The position numbers and the translations under genes were made by a program. This document shows positions 19,372 to 28,260 of a stretch of DNA of 64,000 bases, in pieces (position 1 is the first letter of the stretch; the number at the start of each line of letters is the position of its first letter). The stretch is from Desulfotignum sp. (GTDB lineage: Bacteria; Desulfobacterota; Desulfobacteria; Desulfobacterales; Desulfobacteraceae), in assembly GCA_011389555.1 (NCBI GenBank), contig JAABUD010000253.1:5995-69994 (forward strand). Reading direction: 5' to 3'. The notes beneath the pieces were generated by a model. The model was not told the DNA's origin. It searched no databases and was given only the letters and a program-made list of their open reading frames with translations.

Positions 19372-21165
19372 TCACGCCGGACCCGTGGTCTGATCTTTTG
19401 AATGCGCCGCCCGAAGCCCTTGAATGTGCCGGTTGTAATGGGCGATGATATCCCGCCGGTAAATCAGGCCGATCAGTTCTCTGGGATTGGTTTCATTCAC
19501 CACCGGTAATGCATCGATGTTTTTCTGCGTAAGTTTATGCAGCACCGCATTCAGGTCCTGGGCCGGGGTGGTGGTGATCAAATCGGAAATCATGATATCT
19601 TTCATCACCACCAGATCTTCGATATGAATGGTGAAAATCACCTCCCGGATGTCATTGGATGAAAAAATGCCGGTGAATTCACCGTTGGCGTTCAGCACCG
19701 GAAAATAATGCTGCTTGGTGATCTGGAAAAGGGTTTTGAATTCGGAAAATGACATGTTTTCACTGACACACTGGACTTTTTTGATCAGATGATCCAGGCT
19801 GCCCACCTTCATGGTCTGGAGAATATCCATCATGAATTCTCCGGCATGGGCCGGCGAATCCACCCGGGATTTGACCTGGTTTTGGAAGATGGTGAACCGC
19901 TGGGACAACAGATAACACAAGGAGCACACCAGCAGGCTGGGCAGCAGCAGATGATAGGAATTGGTCATCTCGCTGACAAAGATGATGGTGGAAATCGGTG
20001 TGTTGGAAACCGCCGTGAAAAAACCGGCCATCCCGACAATCACAAACGACCCCGGATGGGTGACAATGGAAGGGATCAGCTGATGAAAAATATTACCTAC
20101 GGCCCCGCCCAGGGCTCCGCCGATGACCACGGAAGGGCCGAACACTCCGCCGCTGCCACCGGAACCGATGGAAAACGAGGTGGTGAAAATTTTGCCGATG
20201 GCCAGAGCGATCAACGTGGAAATGGCCACCTGGTTGAAAATGGCGTTCTGGGCCATGCCATAGCCGAATGCCAGGGTATAGGGCAGAAAAAAACCGATGA
20301 TCCCGGTGCACAGGCCCCCGATGGCGGGTTTGATGTGATTGGGAACCTTGAGTGTTTTAAAAAATTCCACCATGCCGTAAAACACTTTGACATAGATATA
20401 ACCGAACACCACCAGAACTCCGGCCAGTACAATATAAGGCCCCAGCTCCAGCGGGTTTTGAAACTTGAACCCCGGTGAATCGAACAAAGATCCCCATCCA
20501 TACACGAGGCAGAAAATACAATAGGCCACCACCGAAGAAATACCGGCCGGAATGATGACTTCCGATTCAAAATCCGGATCCCGGTACAACACCTCGGCGG
20601 CAAACAGGGCCCCGGCCAGCGGGGCCCGGAATATACTGCCCACCCCGGCACCGATACCCGCGGCCATCATGATACGTCGTTCCCGTTCCGACAAATGGAG
20701 CCGGGTGGCCAGAAACGACCCGAACCCGGAACCGATCTGGGCAATGGGTCCTTCCCTGCCCCCGGATCCGCCGGTGGTCAGCGTGATGGTGGAAGCGATG
20801 GTCTTGATGAAGGGAATCCGGCTCCGGATTTTGCCGCCCTTGTTGTGGTATGCGTCAATGGCGGCATCCGTGCCGTGGCCTTCCGCTTCCGGAGCGAACG
20901 TGTATACCAGCCAGCCCGACACCAATCCTCCCAGGGCCGGCAGTATCAGCAGCATCCACCGGTTGAACGGGGTGTCGGTGGAAGGCAGGAGTGCATGCTC
21001 GCCGGCCGGAGCATCCGGCCGGTATCCGGCCATCATGTCCAGAAAATAATGCATGCCCAGGCCGCACAGATAATGGAAAATCACGGCACCCAGACCGGCG
21101 ATCAGGCCGATGAGAAAAAAATTCAACAGCCACTTGAAGGCCACCTTGACGTCAAACGATCCCAT
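19372..21165 (-). CDS. ClC-family anion channel/transporter with C-terminal CBS pair
   Basis: GSGGREGP, GGVFGP, multiple TM helices, CBS domains. Confidence 0.93.
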   Translation of the reverse strand: MGSFDVKVAFKWLLNFFLIGLIAGLGAVIFHYLCGLGMHYFLDMMAGYRPDAPAGEHALLPSTDTPFNRWMLLILPALGGLVSGWLVYTFAPEAEGHGTDAAIDAYHNKGGKIRSRIPFIKTIASTITLTTGGSGGREGPIAQIGSGFGSFLATRLHLSERERRIMMAAGIGAGVGSIFRAPLAGALFAAEVLYRDPDFESEVIIPAGISSVVAYCIFCLVYGWGSLFDSPGFKFQNPLELGPYIVLAGVLVVFGYIYVKVFYGMVEFFKTLKVPNHIKPAIGGLCTGIIGFFLPYTLAFGYGMAQNAIFNQVAISTLIALAIGKIFTTSFSIGSGGSGGVFGPSVVIGGALGGAVGNIFHQLIPSIVTHPGSFVIVGMAGFFTAVSNTPISTIIFVSEMTNSYHLLLPSLLVCSLCYLLSQRFTIFQNQVKSRVDSPAHAGEFMMDILQTMKVGSLDHLIKKVQCVSENMSFSEFKTLFQITKQHYFPVLNANGEFTGIFSSNDIREVIFTIHIEDLVVMKDIMISDLITTTPAQDLNAVLHKLTQKNIDALPVVNETNPRELIGLIYRRDIIAHYNRHIQGLRAAHSKDQTTGPA

Positions 21166-21188
21166 GTTCCTTCAAATCCTTTTTTGCT

Positions 21189-22511
21189 TCAGTCAGCGCG
21201 CAGATCGTTGATGCCGCGCAGGACAATATCAAACAACGGTTTTACATCCATTTCTTCCAGGCAGGAAAACGCCACCCGGATATTGCGGTCGCCAATGGCG
21301 ATCAGTCCGACCCCGTATCTGTCGAGCAGATGAAGCCGCAGCTGTTCCGCATTCACACCTTTGAGGCGGATGCACATGAAATACCCCGAATTGAAGGGAT
21401 ACACATCAAATCCGGACCGGTATGCCGGATCCGAAAGAACGGTTTTGATTCTGGCGGCCCGCTGTTTGAGCAGACTGAATTTTTCCTGTTTCTGCGGATG
21501 ATATTCCGGATCGGCCATGGCTTTGAGCACAAGGGTCTGGCCCGGGTGGGACGCGTTGGAAATATTGCCGCGGATACAGCCGGCCGTCTTTTTTTCCAGG
21601 GCCTGGTTCAAGTGAGTCATCATTGCCGGGTCTGCAACCGCCATGCCGTAAGTGATGAATCCGATCCGGAACCCCCAGACATAATCTTCTTTGGTGGCAC
21701 CGTCCAGCTTGATGGCGGCCAGTCGTTCGTGTTTGCCGGCCAGTTTGGCAAACAAAGATTCTTTGCTGGTCTCTTCATCGAAAAACAGTCCGAAATAGGC
21801 ATCATCGCAGGCTGCCACCACATGGGTGCCGGATTGAGCGATCTTGAGCAGAATATCTGCCACCCGGTCGGCTTCCGATTTGCTCAGTGTGTATCCGGTG
21901 GGATTGTGGGGAAAATTGAGCACGGTGATGATTTTATCGTTCCGGGCGGCTTCGGCCGTTATCACGGATTCAAAATCATCGATGTCGAATTGTGTCAATG
22001 CATCATCAAAGGCCTTGTAATGAACGATTTTCGCCTGGTTGCGCACCGTGAAGGTCATGTTGTAGTTGCCCCACATCATGTCCGGCATCACGATCACATC
22101 GCCTTGGTTCACCCACATGTCCGAAAACACGGAGATCCCGTGGGTGATGCCCGAAGTGACCACGGGCAGACTGATGTCACCCCCGGCCAGGGACGGATTT
22201 TTTTCATACAGGGCTTTTTTCCATTGCTCCCGCAGCCCGGGCAGACCGAAGGACGGGGCATAAGGCAGATACTCGTCCGGTTCGATACCGGTAATATACC
22301 GGGTCACGGCAGGCAGGTTCAATACATGGCCGTTCTGTTTGGCAATACCGATGGTGGCGTTGATTTTATGGGCCTTGATTTTGGCTTCCGCACTCTGACT
22401 CAATATGCCTTTGGGAAAAAAAAGGGCCTTTCCCATATCGGACAGCATGTCCATGATATGGGGATTGGCTTGAGAAATGAGATCGTTCAGTTCTTTTGCA
22501 ATCACGTTCAT
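21189..22511 (-). CDS. PLP-dependent aminotransferase class I/II
   Basis: NFPHNPTGY, DDAY, PLP-lysine segment DGATKEDYVWGFRIG, RVAFS. Confidence 0.9.
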   Translation of the reverse strand: MNVIAKELNDLISQANPHIMDMLSDMGKALFFPKGILSQSAEAKIKAHKINATIGIAKQNGHVLNLPAVTRYITGIEPDEYLPYAPSFGLPGLREQWKKALYEKNPSLAGGDISLPVVTSGITHGISVFSDMWVNQGDVIVMPDMMWGNYNMTFTVRNQAKIVHYKAFDDALTQFDIDDFESVITAEAARNDKIITVLNFPHNPTGYTLSKSEADRVADILLKIAQSGTHVVAACDDAYFGLFFDEETSKESLFAKLAGKHERLAAIKLDGATKEDYVWGFRIGFITYGMAVADPAMMTHLNQALEKKTAGCIRGNISNASHPGQTLVLKAMADPEYHPQKQEKFSLLKQRAARIKTVLSDPAYRSGFDVYPFNSGYFMCIRLKGVNAEQLRLHLLDRYGVGLIAIGDRNIRVAFSCLEEMDVKPLFDIVLRGINDLRAD

Positions 22512-22606
22512 CAGCAGATTCCTCACAAAAAATCAAAAAAAAACTCTGCGGCTTTCTATTGAAGATGAAAAACCACAGAGTCTTGTGAAATGCGGTCAAA
22601 AAATAA

Positions 22607-22879
22607 TTATCTTCTCTTGGAGGCCTTGATGGGATTGATTTTCTGTTTTTTGCTCTCTGTTGTGGTCTTCATATGTGTGGCCATGTTGCAGGAGCCGTTC
22701 TTCCATTTCAGGGACGGATCCGGTGCCGCTTTACAATACATTCCGGTGGGGTATTCAGACAATCTCTGGCACCCCATGCATTCCTCCACGACAGGCAGGC
22801 AGTTTCCCTCATTATAGCTGCAGCCGGCGGCTGTCATGAATACACAGTCTTCCCCTTCCCTAATCGTTGTACAAATCAT
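22607..22879 (-). CDS. PxxKW-family cysteine-rich small protein
   Basis: 90 aa, 8 Cys, PDPSLKW, C-terminal KINPIKASKRR, matching my recollection of this sulfate-reducer family. Confidence 0.85.
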   Translation of the reverse strand: MICTTIREGEDCVFMTAAGCSYNEGNCLPVVEECMGCQRLSEYPTGMYCKAAPDPSLKWKNGSCNMATHMKTTTESKKQKINPIKASKRR

Positions 22880-23015
22880 GATACACGTTTCCTAAATCCT
22901 TGTGGGTTTACTTGATCAACGCCTGAAAAACGGCTGAATTGCCATGTCAACAAGACGTTTCAGGGCGGTTGGCTTCCTAAAGATGTTCCAAATGTCAGGT
23001 TGGTTAACCGCAATC

Positions 23016-23044
23016 AGATAGCATAAAAACCATTCCAATGTCAA
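23016..23044 (-). promoter_or_regulatory. Candidate sigma70 promoter for the PxxKW gene
   Basis: Minus-strand TTGACA at 23044-23039 followed 17-18 nt later by (TG)CTATCT; weak -10 match. Confidence 0.45.
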
Positions 23045-23161
23045 TCAAAGGCCGATCTTTTATGCATCATTTTTTTAAAAAATCTTTTTTTTATGGGAAA
23101 AACCGGATGAGTGGTGTATAAACCGGATCATAAACAACCATGAACCCAAGATTTTTTTACA

Positions 23162-24145
23162 ATGATTATTTCCAAAGCCATTGACGTATTGAAAATAGAA
23201 GCCCAAGGCATTCTGGCCCTGGCGGAAAAACTGGATCAGGCCTTTGAAACCCTTGTTCAGGAGATCTGTGATTCACCGGGACGGGTGATTGTTTCCGGGA
23301 TTGGAAAATCCGGATTGATCGGCCGAAAAATTGCCGCCACCCTGAGCAGCACCGGCACCAACGCCATGTTTCTGCACCCGGTGGAAGCCGTGCATGGAGA
23401 TCTGGGCATGGTGAGCCCCCATGATGTGTTCATCGCCATTTCCAACAGCGGGGAAACCAGCGAACTCAACCGGCTGTTGCCCGTGATCCGGGGTATCGGA
23501 TGCCGCCTGGCCGGGTTTACCGGCAATCCGACATCCACCATGGCCCGCTATTGTGACCTGGTCATTGACACAGGCGTTGAAAAAGAGGCCTGTCCTTTCA
23601 ACATGACCCCAACCGCCTCCACCACGGCCCAGCTGGCCATGGGAGACGCCCTGGCCGTGGTATTGATCGAAAAAAAGAAGTTCAGGAAAACCGATTTCAT
23701 GCGGTCTCATCCCGGCGGGGCTCTGGGGCAGCGCCTGGCCAGCCGGGTCGGTGAAATCATGCTTGCGGCGGACCGGGCCCCATGCGCATCTGTGGAAGAC
23801 ACCATGTCGACGGCCCTTGACACCATGGACCGGTACAGCCTGGGGGCGGTCCTGATACTCGACCGGAACCGACAGTTGAAAGGCATCATTACCGATGGAG
23901 ATATCCGCCACACCATCGCTCAGGGAATGACGGACTTTCACCGGTTGCCGGCAGTGGATATGATGACTCACAATCCCCGATGTTCCAAGATGGACGCTTA
24001 TCTGTACGATGCCTTGAACCTGATGGAAAAACATGAGATCACGGTGTTGCCCATCGTTGATTGTGACAACCGGCTGGAAGGCATTTTGCATCTGCATGAT
24101 ATTCTTGGCAAAGGATCTTTCAAGTTCAACGGAGGCAGTCGATGA
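23162..24145 (+). CDS. kdsD: Arabinose-5-phosphate isomerase KdsD/KpsF
   Basis: GIGKSG, EAVHGDLG, SNSGET, PTASTT, HPGGALG, CBS pair. Confidence 0.93.
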   Translation: MIISKAIDVLKIEAQGILALAEKLDQAFETLVQEICDSPGRVIVSGIGKSGLIGRKIAATLSSTGTNAMFLHPVEAVHGDLGMVSPHDVFIAISNSGETSELNRLLPVIRGIGCRLAGFTGNPTSTMARYCDLVIDTGVEKEACPFNMTPTASTTAQLAMGDALAVVLIEKKKFRKTDFMRSHPGGALGQRLASRVGEIMLAADRAPCASVEDTMSTALDTMDRYSLGAVLILDRNRQLKGIITDGDIRHTIAQGMTDFHRLPAVDMMTHNPRCSKMDAYLYDALNLMEKHEITVLPIVDCDNRLEGILHLHDILGKGSFKFNGGSR

Positions 24146-25470
24146 TACCCCATGATTTGTGCACGGATATTCCGGTGCTCGGAAAGGCCAATATTGTTTC
24201 TCCCATCAAGCGGGTGGCCCGGTCGACCCAGCGGCGGCACTCCTTTATTTCAGATGATTCCCGGATCATTGTGGATGTTCAGACGGAATATATCCAGGAT
24301 GCAGTGGATACCTGTCAGGCGTTGCTCAGTTTTGAACAGGCCGGCCCCAGGGAAAAAATCTATTTCGATCCCAGCAAGTTGAAATGCGCCATCGTGACCT
24401 GCGGCGGGTTGTGTCCGGGCCTCAATGACATCATTCGGGCCGTGGTGCTGGAACTGTATCATATTTATCAAGTCAAGACCATTTATGGCATCCGCCACGG
24501 GCTTCAGGGATTCATTCCGGAATACGGCCATGACATTCTGGACCTGACTCCGGATACCGTGGCCGGTATTCAGGATATGGGCGGCACCATTCTGGGATCC
24601 TCCCGGGGCAGCCAGGATATCGGTGTGGTGGTGGACTGTCTGGAACGGATGAGCGTGGGCATTCTGTTCATGGTCGGCGGAGACGGCACCCTGATGGCAT
24701 CCAAGAAGATTGCCGACGAGATTGATAAAAGACATTTAAAGATCTCGGTGGTGGGAATTCCCAAAACCATCGACAATGATATTTTTCTGGTATCCCGGTC
24801 GTTTGGATTCGATTCTGCCGTGGATGTGGCCACCCTGGCCATCAAAGGGGCCCATAATGAAGCAGAGGCCTATCCCCACGGCATTGGTCTGATCAAACTC
24901 ATGGGCCGCCACTCGGGATTTCTGGCGGCCACGGCGGCCCTGGCCCAGCAGGATGGCAATTTTGTGCTGATCCCGGAGGTGGATATCGATCTATATGGGG
25001 ATAACGGGTTTCTTCAAGCACTGGAAAACCGGGTCAACACCCGGAACCATGCCGTGGTGATCGTGGCGGAAGGCGCTGGACAGAATTTTTTCGAAAACAA
25101 GGAAAAAAAATACGATCCCTCCGGCAACATCGTGCTCCAGGATATCGGCCTGTTTCTCAAAGATAAAATCACGGAATGGTTCAAGGAAAAAAATCTGGAT
25201 GTGTCCTTGAAATACATCGACCCCGCCTATATCATCCGCAGCCTGCCGGCCAACGCCAATGACAGTGTGTTCTGCGGACTGCTGGGAAGAGATGCGGTCC
25301 ATGCGGGAATGGCCGGAAAAACCAAGCTGCTCATCAGTTACTGGAACAACCATTACGTGCACGTGCCCATGGAAGCTTCCGCCGGGCGGCAGAAACGGCT
25401 GGATCCCAATGGCCGGTTGTGGCAGTCGGTACTGGAGGCGACCGGTCAGGATGTGTATTTCGGCGGATAG
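24142..25470 (+). CDS. pfkA: ATP-dependent 6-phosphofructokinase (long N-terminus type)
   Basis: TCGGLCPG, GGDG, PKTIDND, MGR, YIDPAY; ATGA overlap with kdsD. Confidence 0.92.
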   Translation: MIPHDLCTDIPVLGKANIVSPIKRVARSTQRRHSFISDDSRIIVDVQTEYIQDAVDTCQALLSFEQAGPREKIYFDPSKLKCAIVTCGGLCPGLNDIIRAVVLELYHIYQVKTIYGIRHGLQGFIPEYGHDILDLTPDTVAGIQDMGGTILGSSRGSQDIGVVVDCLERMSVGILFMVGGDGTLMASKKIADEIDKRHLKISVVGIPKTIDNDIFLVSRSFGFDSAVDVATLAIKGAHNEAEAYPHGIGLIKLMGRHSGFLAATAALAQQDGNFVLIPEVDIDLYGDNGFLQALENRVNTRNHAVVIVAEGAGQNFFENKEKKYDPSGNIVLQDIGLFLKDKITEWFKEKNLDVSLKYIDPAYIIRSLPANANDSVFCGLLGRDAVHAGMAGKTKLLISYWNNHYVHVPMEASAGRQKRLDPNGRLWQSVLEATGQDVYFGG

Positions 25471-25482
25471 GTCACAGCCGGA

Positions 25483-27093
25483 TCACCGGTCGAGCTCCAC
25501 AAACCGGTTGTTTTTGATGGTGATCAAAAACAATTCTTTGCGGGCGGCCCCGGTGTTGTCGAAAAGGGTTCTGCCCGTGGCACCTTCAAAAATGATTTCT
25601 TCCAGAAGCGCTTCTTTCAGATGCTTTCGGGAATCCACGGAAGTTTCCATGACCGTTGACAGCAGGATCTGTACAGTATCATAAAAAATGGCTTCCAGAA
25701 ACCCGGGGGATTCTCCATACAGATTCAAGAACGCCTTGTTGAACCGAACCGTGGCGGGTTTGCGGCTGTGTTTGAAATACCCTTCCGTGATGAATGTGTT
25801 CCGGTTGTACCCTTTGGTCTGATCCAGCAGGCTATGGTGATGCCAGAGGTTGGTTCCCAGCAGCACGATGTCCCGGATATCGTTGAACGCCAGTTGAGGA
25901 AGGATCATATTGATCCGGGAGGCCGCATCCGGAATGAACAACGCCTCGAAATCAAAGGTGATCCGATCGGAATCATCACTGTCGGAGGATTCCAGCGGGT
26001 GATCGACCTGCCTGGTGAATTTGCCGATCACGTCGGTGATATCGGTGCGGCTGCCGTCATACGCCTGCATTGCCACCAGCTTGGCACCATAATCGGTCAC
26101 CGCTTCTGAAAACAATTGCATGTGCCGCCGGCCATACGGTTCATCCGGATACAGGATCGCCACCTTTTCCAGACCCAGGGTTCTGACGACAAATGCGGCC
26201 AGGGTCTGTACCTGCATCCGGGGTGTGATAAAATTGGAAAACAGATACTCCCCGGACAAGGCAAAGTCTTCTTTCTGGGTCAAAGCGATCAAAGGGATTT
26301 TCAATTCCTGGGCACGGGCTCCGGCCGCATCCACCGTCAGCAGGGGACCGACAATCCCCGCCACCCGGGCCTGGTCCAGCTCATCCACGCACGCGGCGGC
26401 AATATCCGGATCTCCCTGAGTGTCCTTGATGATAACATTGAACTTGCGGTTGTGGACAGCGGCGAGCTCCTGGATGGCCAGTTGAATGCCTTTCAGAGCT
26501 TTGTCGCCGTATACCGCGTATTTCCCGGACAGCGGCAGCAGACAGCCAATGGTATCTTTTTGAAACAACGTCTGCTCGATCATTGTCATCAGGGCCTGCG
26601 CATCCGGCACCCGGGGATGATCCGGCCAGAGAACGGTAAACTGTGTCAGCACGGATAACGCCTCTGTATACGCGGTTTCCTGGGCAAGGTTGACCCCCAG
26701 CCAGTATTGCAGCAACGCTTCAGGCACTGCCAGGCCGGGTGTTTCCAGAAAAATCTGGATCACGCCGGAAGGCGCTTTGGCCAGCAATGGGTCCACCTTG
26801 TCCATGATCCGCTGCTTCTGCGGGGAAGCCGGATCCAGGATCAGGGCCTGATTATACAAATTGAATGCATCCGTCAAAGCACCGGATTTCATGAACGCGG
26901 CAGCGTCGGATTCCAGTTCTTTCACCCGGGCGGCAACCCGCTCGGCCGGGTCCGGCGAAGAGGTTTCAATTACAGGCGGGTCTTGATCGGGGGGGTGAAC
27001 CGGTCTGGGAGCACATCCCCACATGGCGCACAACAAAATGACGGCTGAAATGCCGGCCAGAGACGGAAGGATCGGAAAACGTCGAGGTGTCAT
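25483..27093 (-). CDS. Lipoprotein with TPR-like and periplasmic-binding domains (LppC/LpoA-like PBP activator)
   Basis: Lipobox-like MWGC, TPR-like helices, IGCLLPLSG, IVGPL, FEALFIPD, EGATG. Confidence 0.78.
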   Translation of the reverse strand: MTPRRFPILPSLAGISAVILLCAMWGCAPRPVHPPDQDPPVIETSSPDPAERVAARVKELESDAAAFMKSGALTDAFNLYNQALILDPASPQKQRIMDKVDPLLAKAPSGVIQIFLETPGLAVPEALLQYWLGVNLAQETAYTEALSVLTQFTVLWPDHPRVPDAQALMTMIEQTLFQKDTIGCLLPLSGKYAVYGDKALKGIQLAIQELAAVHNRKFNVIIKDTQGDPDIAAACVDELDQARVAGIVGPLLTVDAAGARAQELKIPLIALTQKEDFALSGEYLFSNFITPRMQVQTLAAFVVRTLGLEKVAILYPDEPYGRRHMQLFSEAVTDYGAKLVAMQAYDGSRTDITDVIGKFTRQVDHPLESSDSDDSDRITFDFEALFIPDAASRINMILPQLAFNDIRDIVLLGTNLWHHHSLLDQTKGYNRNTFITEGYFKHSRKPATVRFNKAFLNLYGESPGFLEAIFYDTVQILLSTVMETSVDSRKHLKEALLEEIIFEGATGRTLFDNTGAARKELFLITIKNNRFVELDR

Positions 27094-27151
27094 ATACAGT
27101 TCTTTATAATAATGTCAAAATGGGTGTCACGGTAGTGACTATAGGCAAATT

Positions 27152-28069
27152 TCAGGAAGATGTCAAAAATTCTTTGACCTGCGCAGCCGCATGATCCGTT
27201 TGAGAGGGGGTAACCCAGACAATCCCCGGCTCTTTTCTGAACCAGGTGAACTGCCGTTTGGCATACCGCCGGGTATCCCGTTTCAAAAGCGATACCGCCG
27301 TGTCCAGATCCAGGTCCTGGTCGAGGACCTGTCCCATGTGGCGGTATCCAATGGACTGCATGGATTTCAGGTTCAGGGGATATCCTTTATTTACCAGATT
27401 TTGAACTTCGGATAAAAGGCCCTGGGCCATCATCATATCCACCCGCTGATCGATGCGGTCGTACAGGTCCTGGCGGTCCATATACAGCCCCAGCGTCAGG
27501 CTGCGGTACCGGGGGCGGGTGAACGGCTGCTGGGTCTGTTTCCGGGAAATGGGGGTCCCCGTGTTGAGAAACACTTCCAGCGCACGGATGATACGGAATC
27601 CATCATGGGGATGGATCCGCTGTGCGGCAAAAGGATCACATGATGCCAGCCGCCCGTGCAGATAAGGGCTTCCTTTTTTTTCAAGGGTTTCGGTCAGTTC
27701 GGCCAAGGTGGCCGGACACACGGGTTGAGAACGGAACAGGCCGTATAACAGGGACCGGATATACAGACCGGTGCCCCCGGCCACAATGGGAATCCGGTTG
27801 TTTTGCCCAATGGCATCGATGGCCCGGTCGGCCAGTTGCGCATACTGTCCGGCATCGAAATCCTGAGCCGGATCCAGAAAATCCACCAGATGATGACGTG
27901 CCTGGGCCCGTTCCGATGCATCGGGTTTGGCAGTACCGATATCCATATACTTGTAGATCTGCATGGAATCGGCCCCGATGATTTCACCATTGAAAGCCTT
28001 TGCCAGGAAAATGGCAAAACCGGTTTTTCCAATGCCCGTGGGACCGCATATCGTAATGATTTTTTTCAT
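27152..28069 (-). CDS. miaA: tRNA dimethylallyltransferase MiaA
   Basis: GPTGIGKT, DSMQIY..MDIGTAKP, GGTGLY, YAKRQFTWF. Confidence 0.97.
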   Translation of the reverse strand: MKKIITICGPTGIGKTGFAIFLAKAFNGEIIGADSMQIYKYMDIGTAKPDASERAQARHHLVDFLDPAQDFDAGQYAQLADRAIDAIGQNNRIPIVAGGTGLYIRSLLYGLFRSQPVCPATLAELTETLEKKGSPYLHGRLASCDPFAAQRIHPHDGFRIIRALEVFLNTGTPISRKQTQQPFTRPRYRSLTLGLYMDRQDLYDRIDQRVDMMMAQGLLSEVQNLVNKGYPLNLKSMQSIGYRHMGQVLDQDLDLDTAVSLLKRDTRRYAKRQFTWFRKEPGIVWVTPSQTDHAAAQVKEFLTSS

Positions 28070-28105
28070 GGATCATTTGTGTACAAGGGTTTTGTTCGAT
28101 AATGG

Positions 28106-28135
28106 TTGACATTGTTTGACAGATGGTTTTATAAC
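28106..28135 (+). promoter_or_regulatory. Candidate sigma70 promoter for hdrA-flx
   Basis: TTGACA at 28106 with TATAAC 18 nt downstream; a second TTGACA at 28116. Confidence 0.5.
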
Positions 28136-28260
28136 ATACTTTTTTGATTAACAGCAATTAATATTAAGGAAAATTTTCAAGACATTTATAAGACAGTCAT
28201 TTACGTCTGCGGGCTGTTTTGGCTGATATCGTTTTAAGAACTAAACAGGAGAGACAAAGA

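Noticed and set aside
22583-22601. TTGTGAAAT as a Rex operator
   Set aside because: Only one half-site matches; the other half (GGTCAAAA) is poor.
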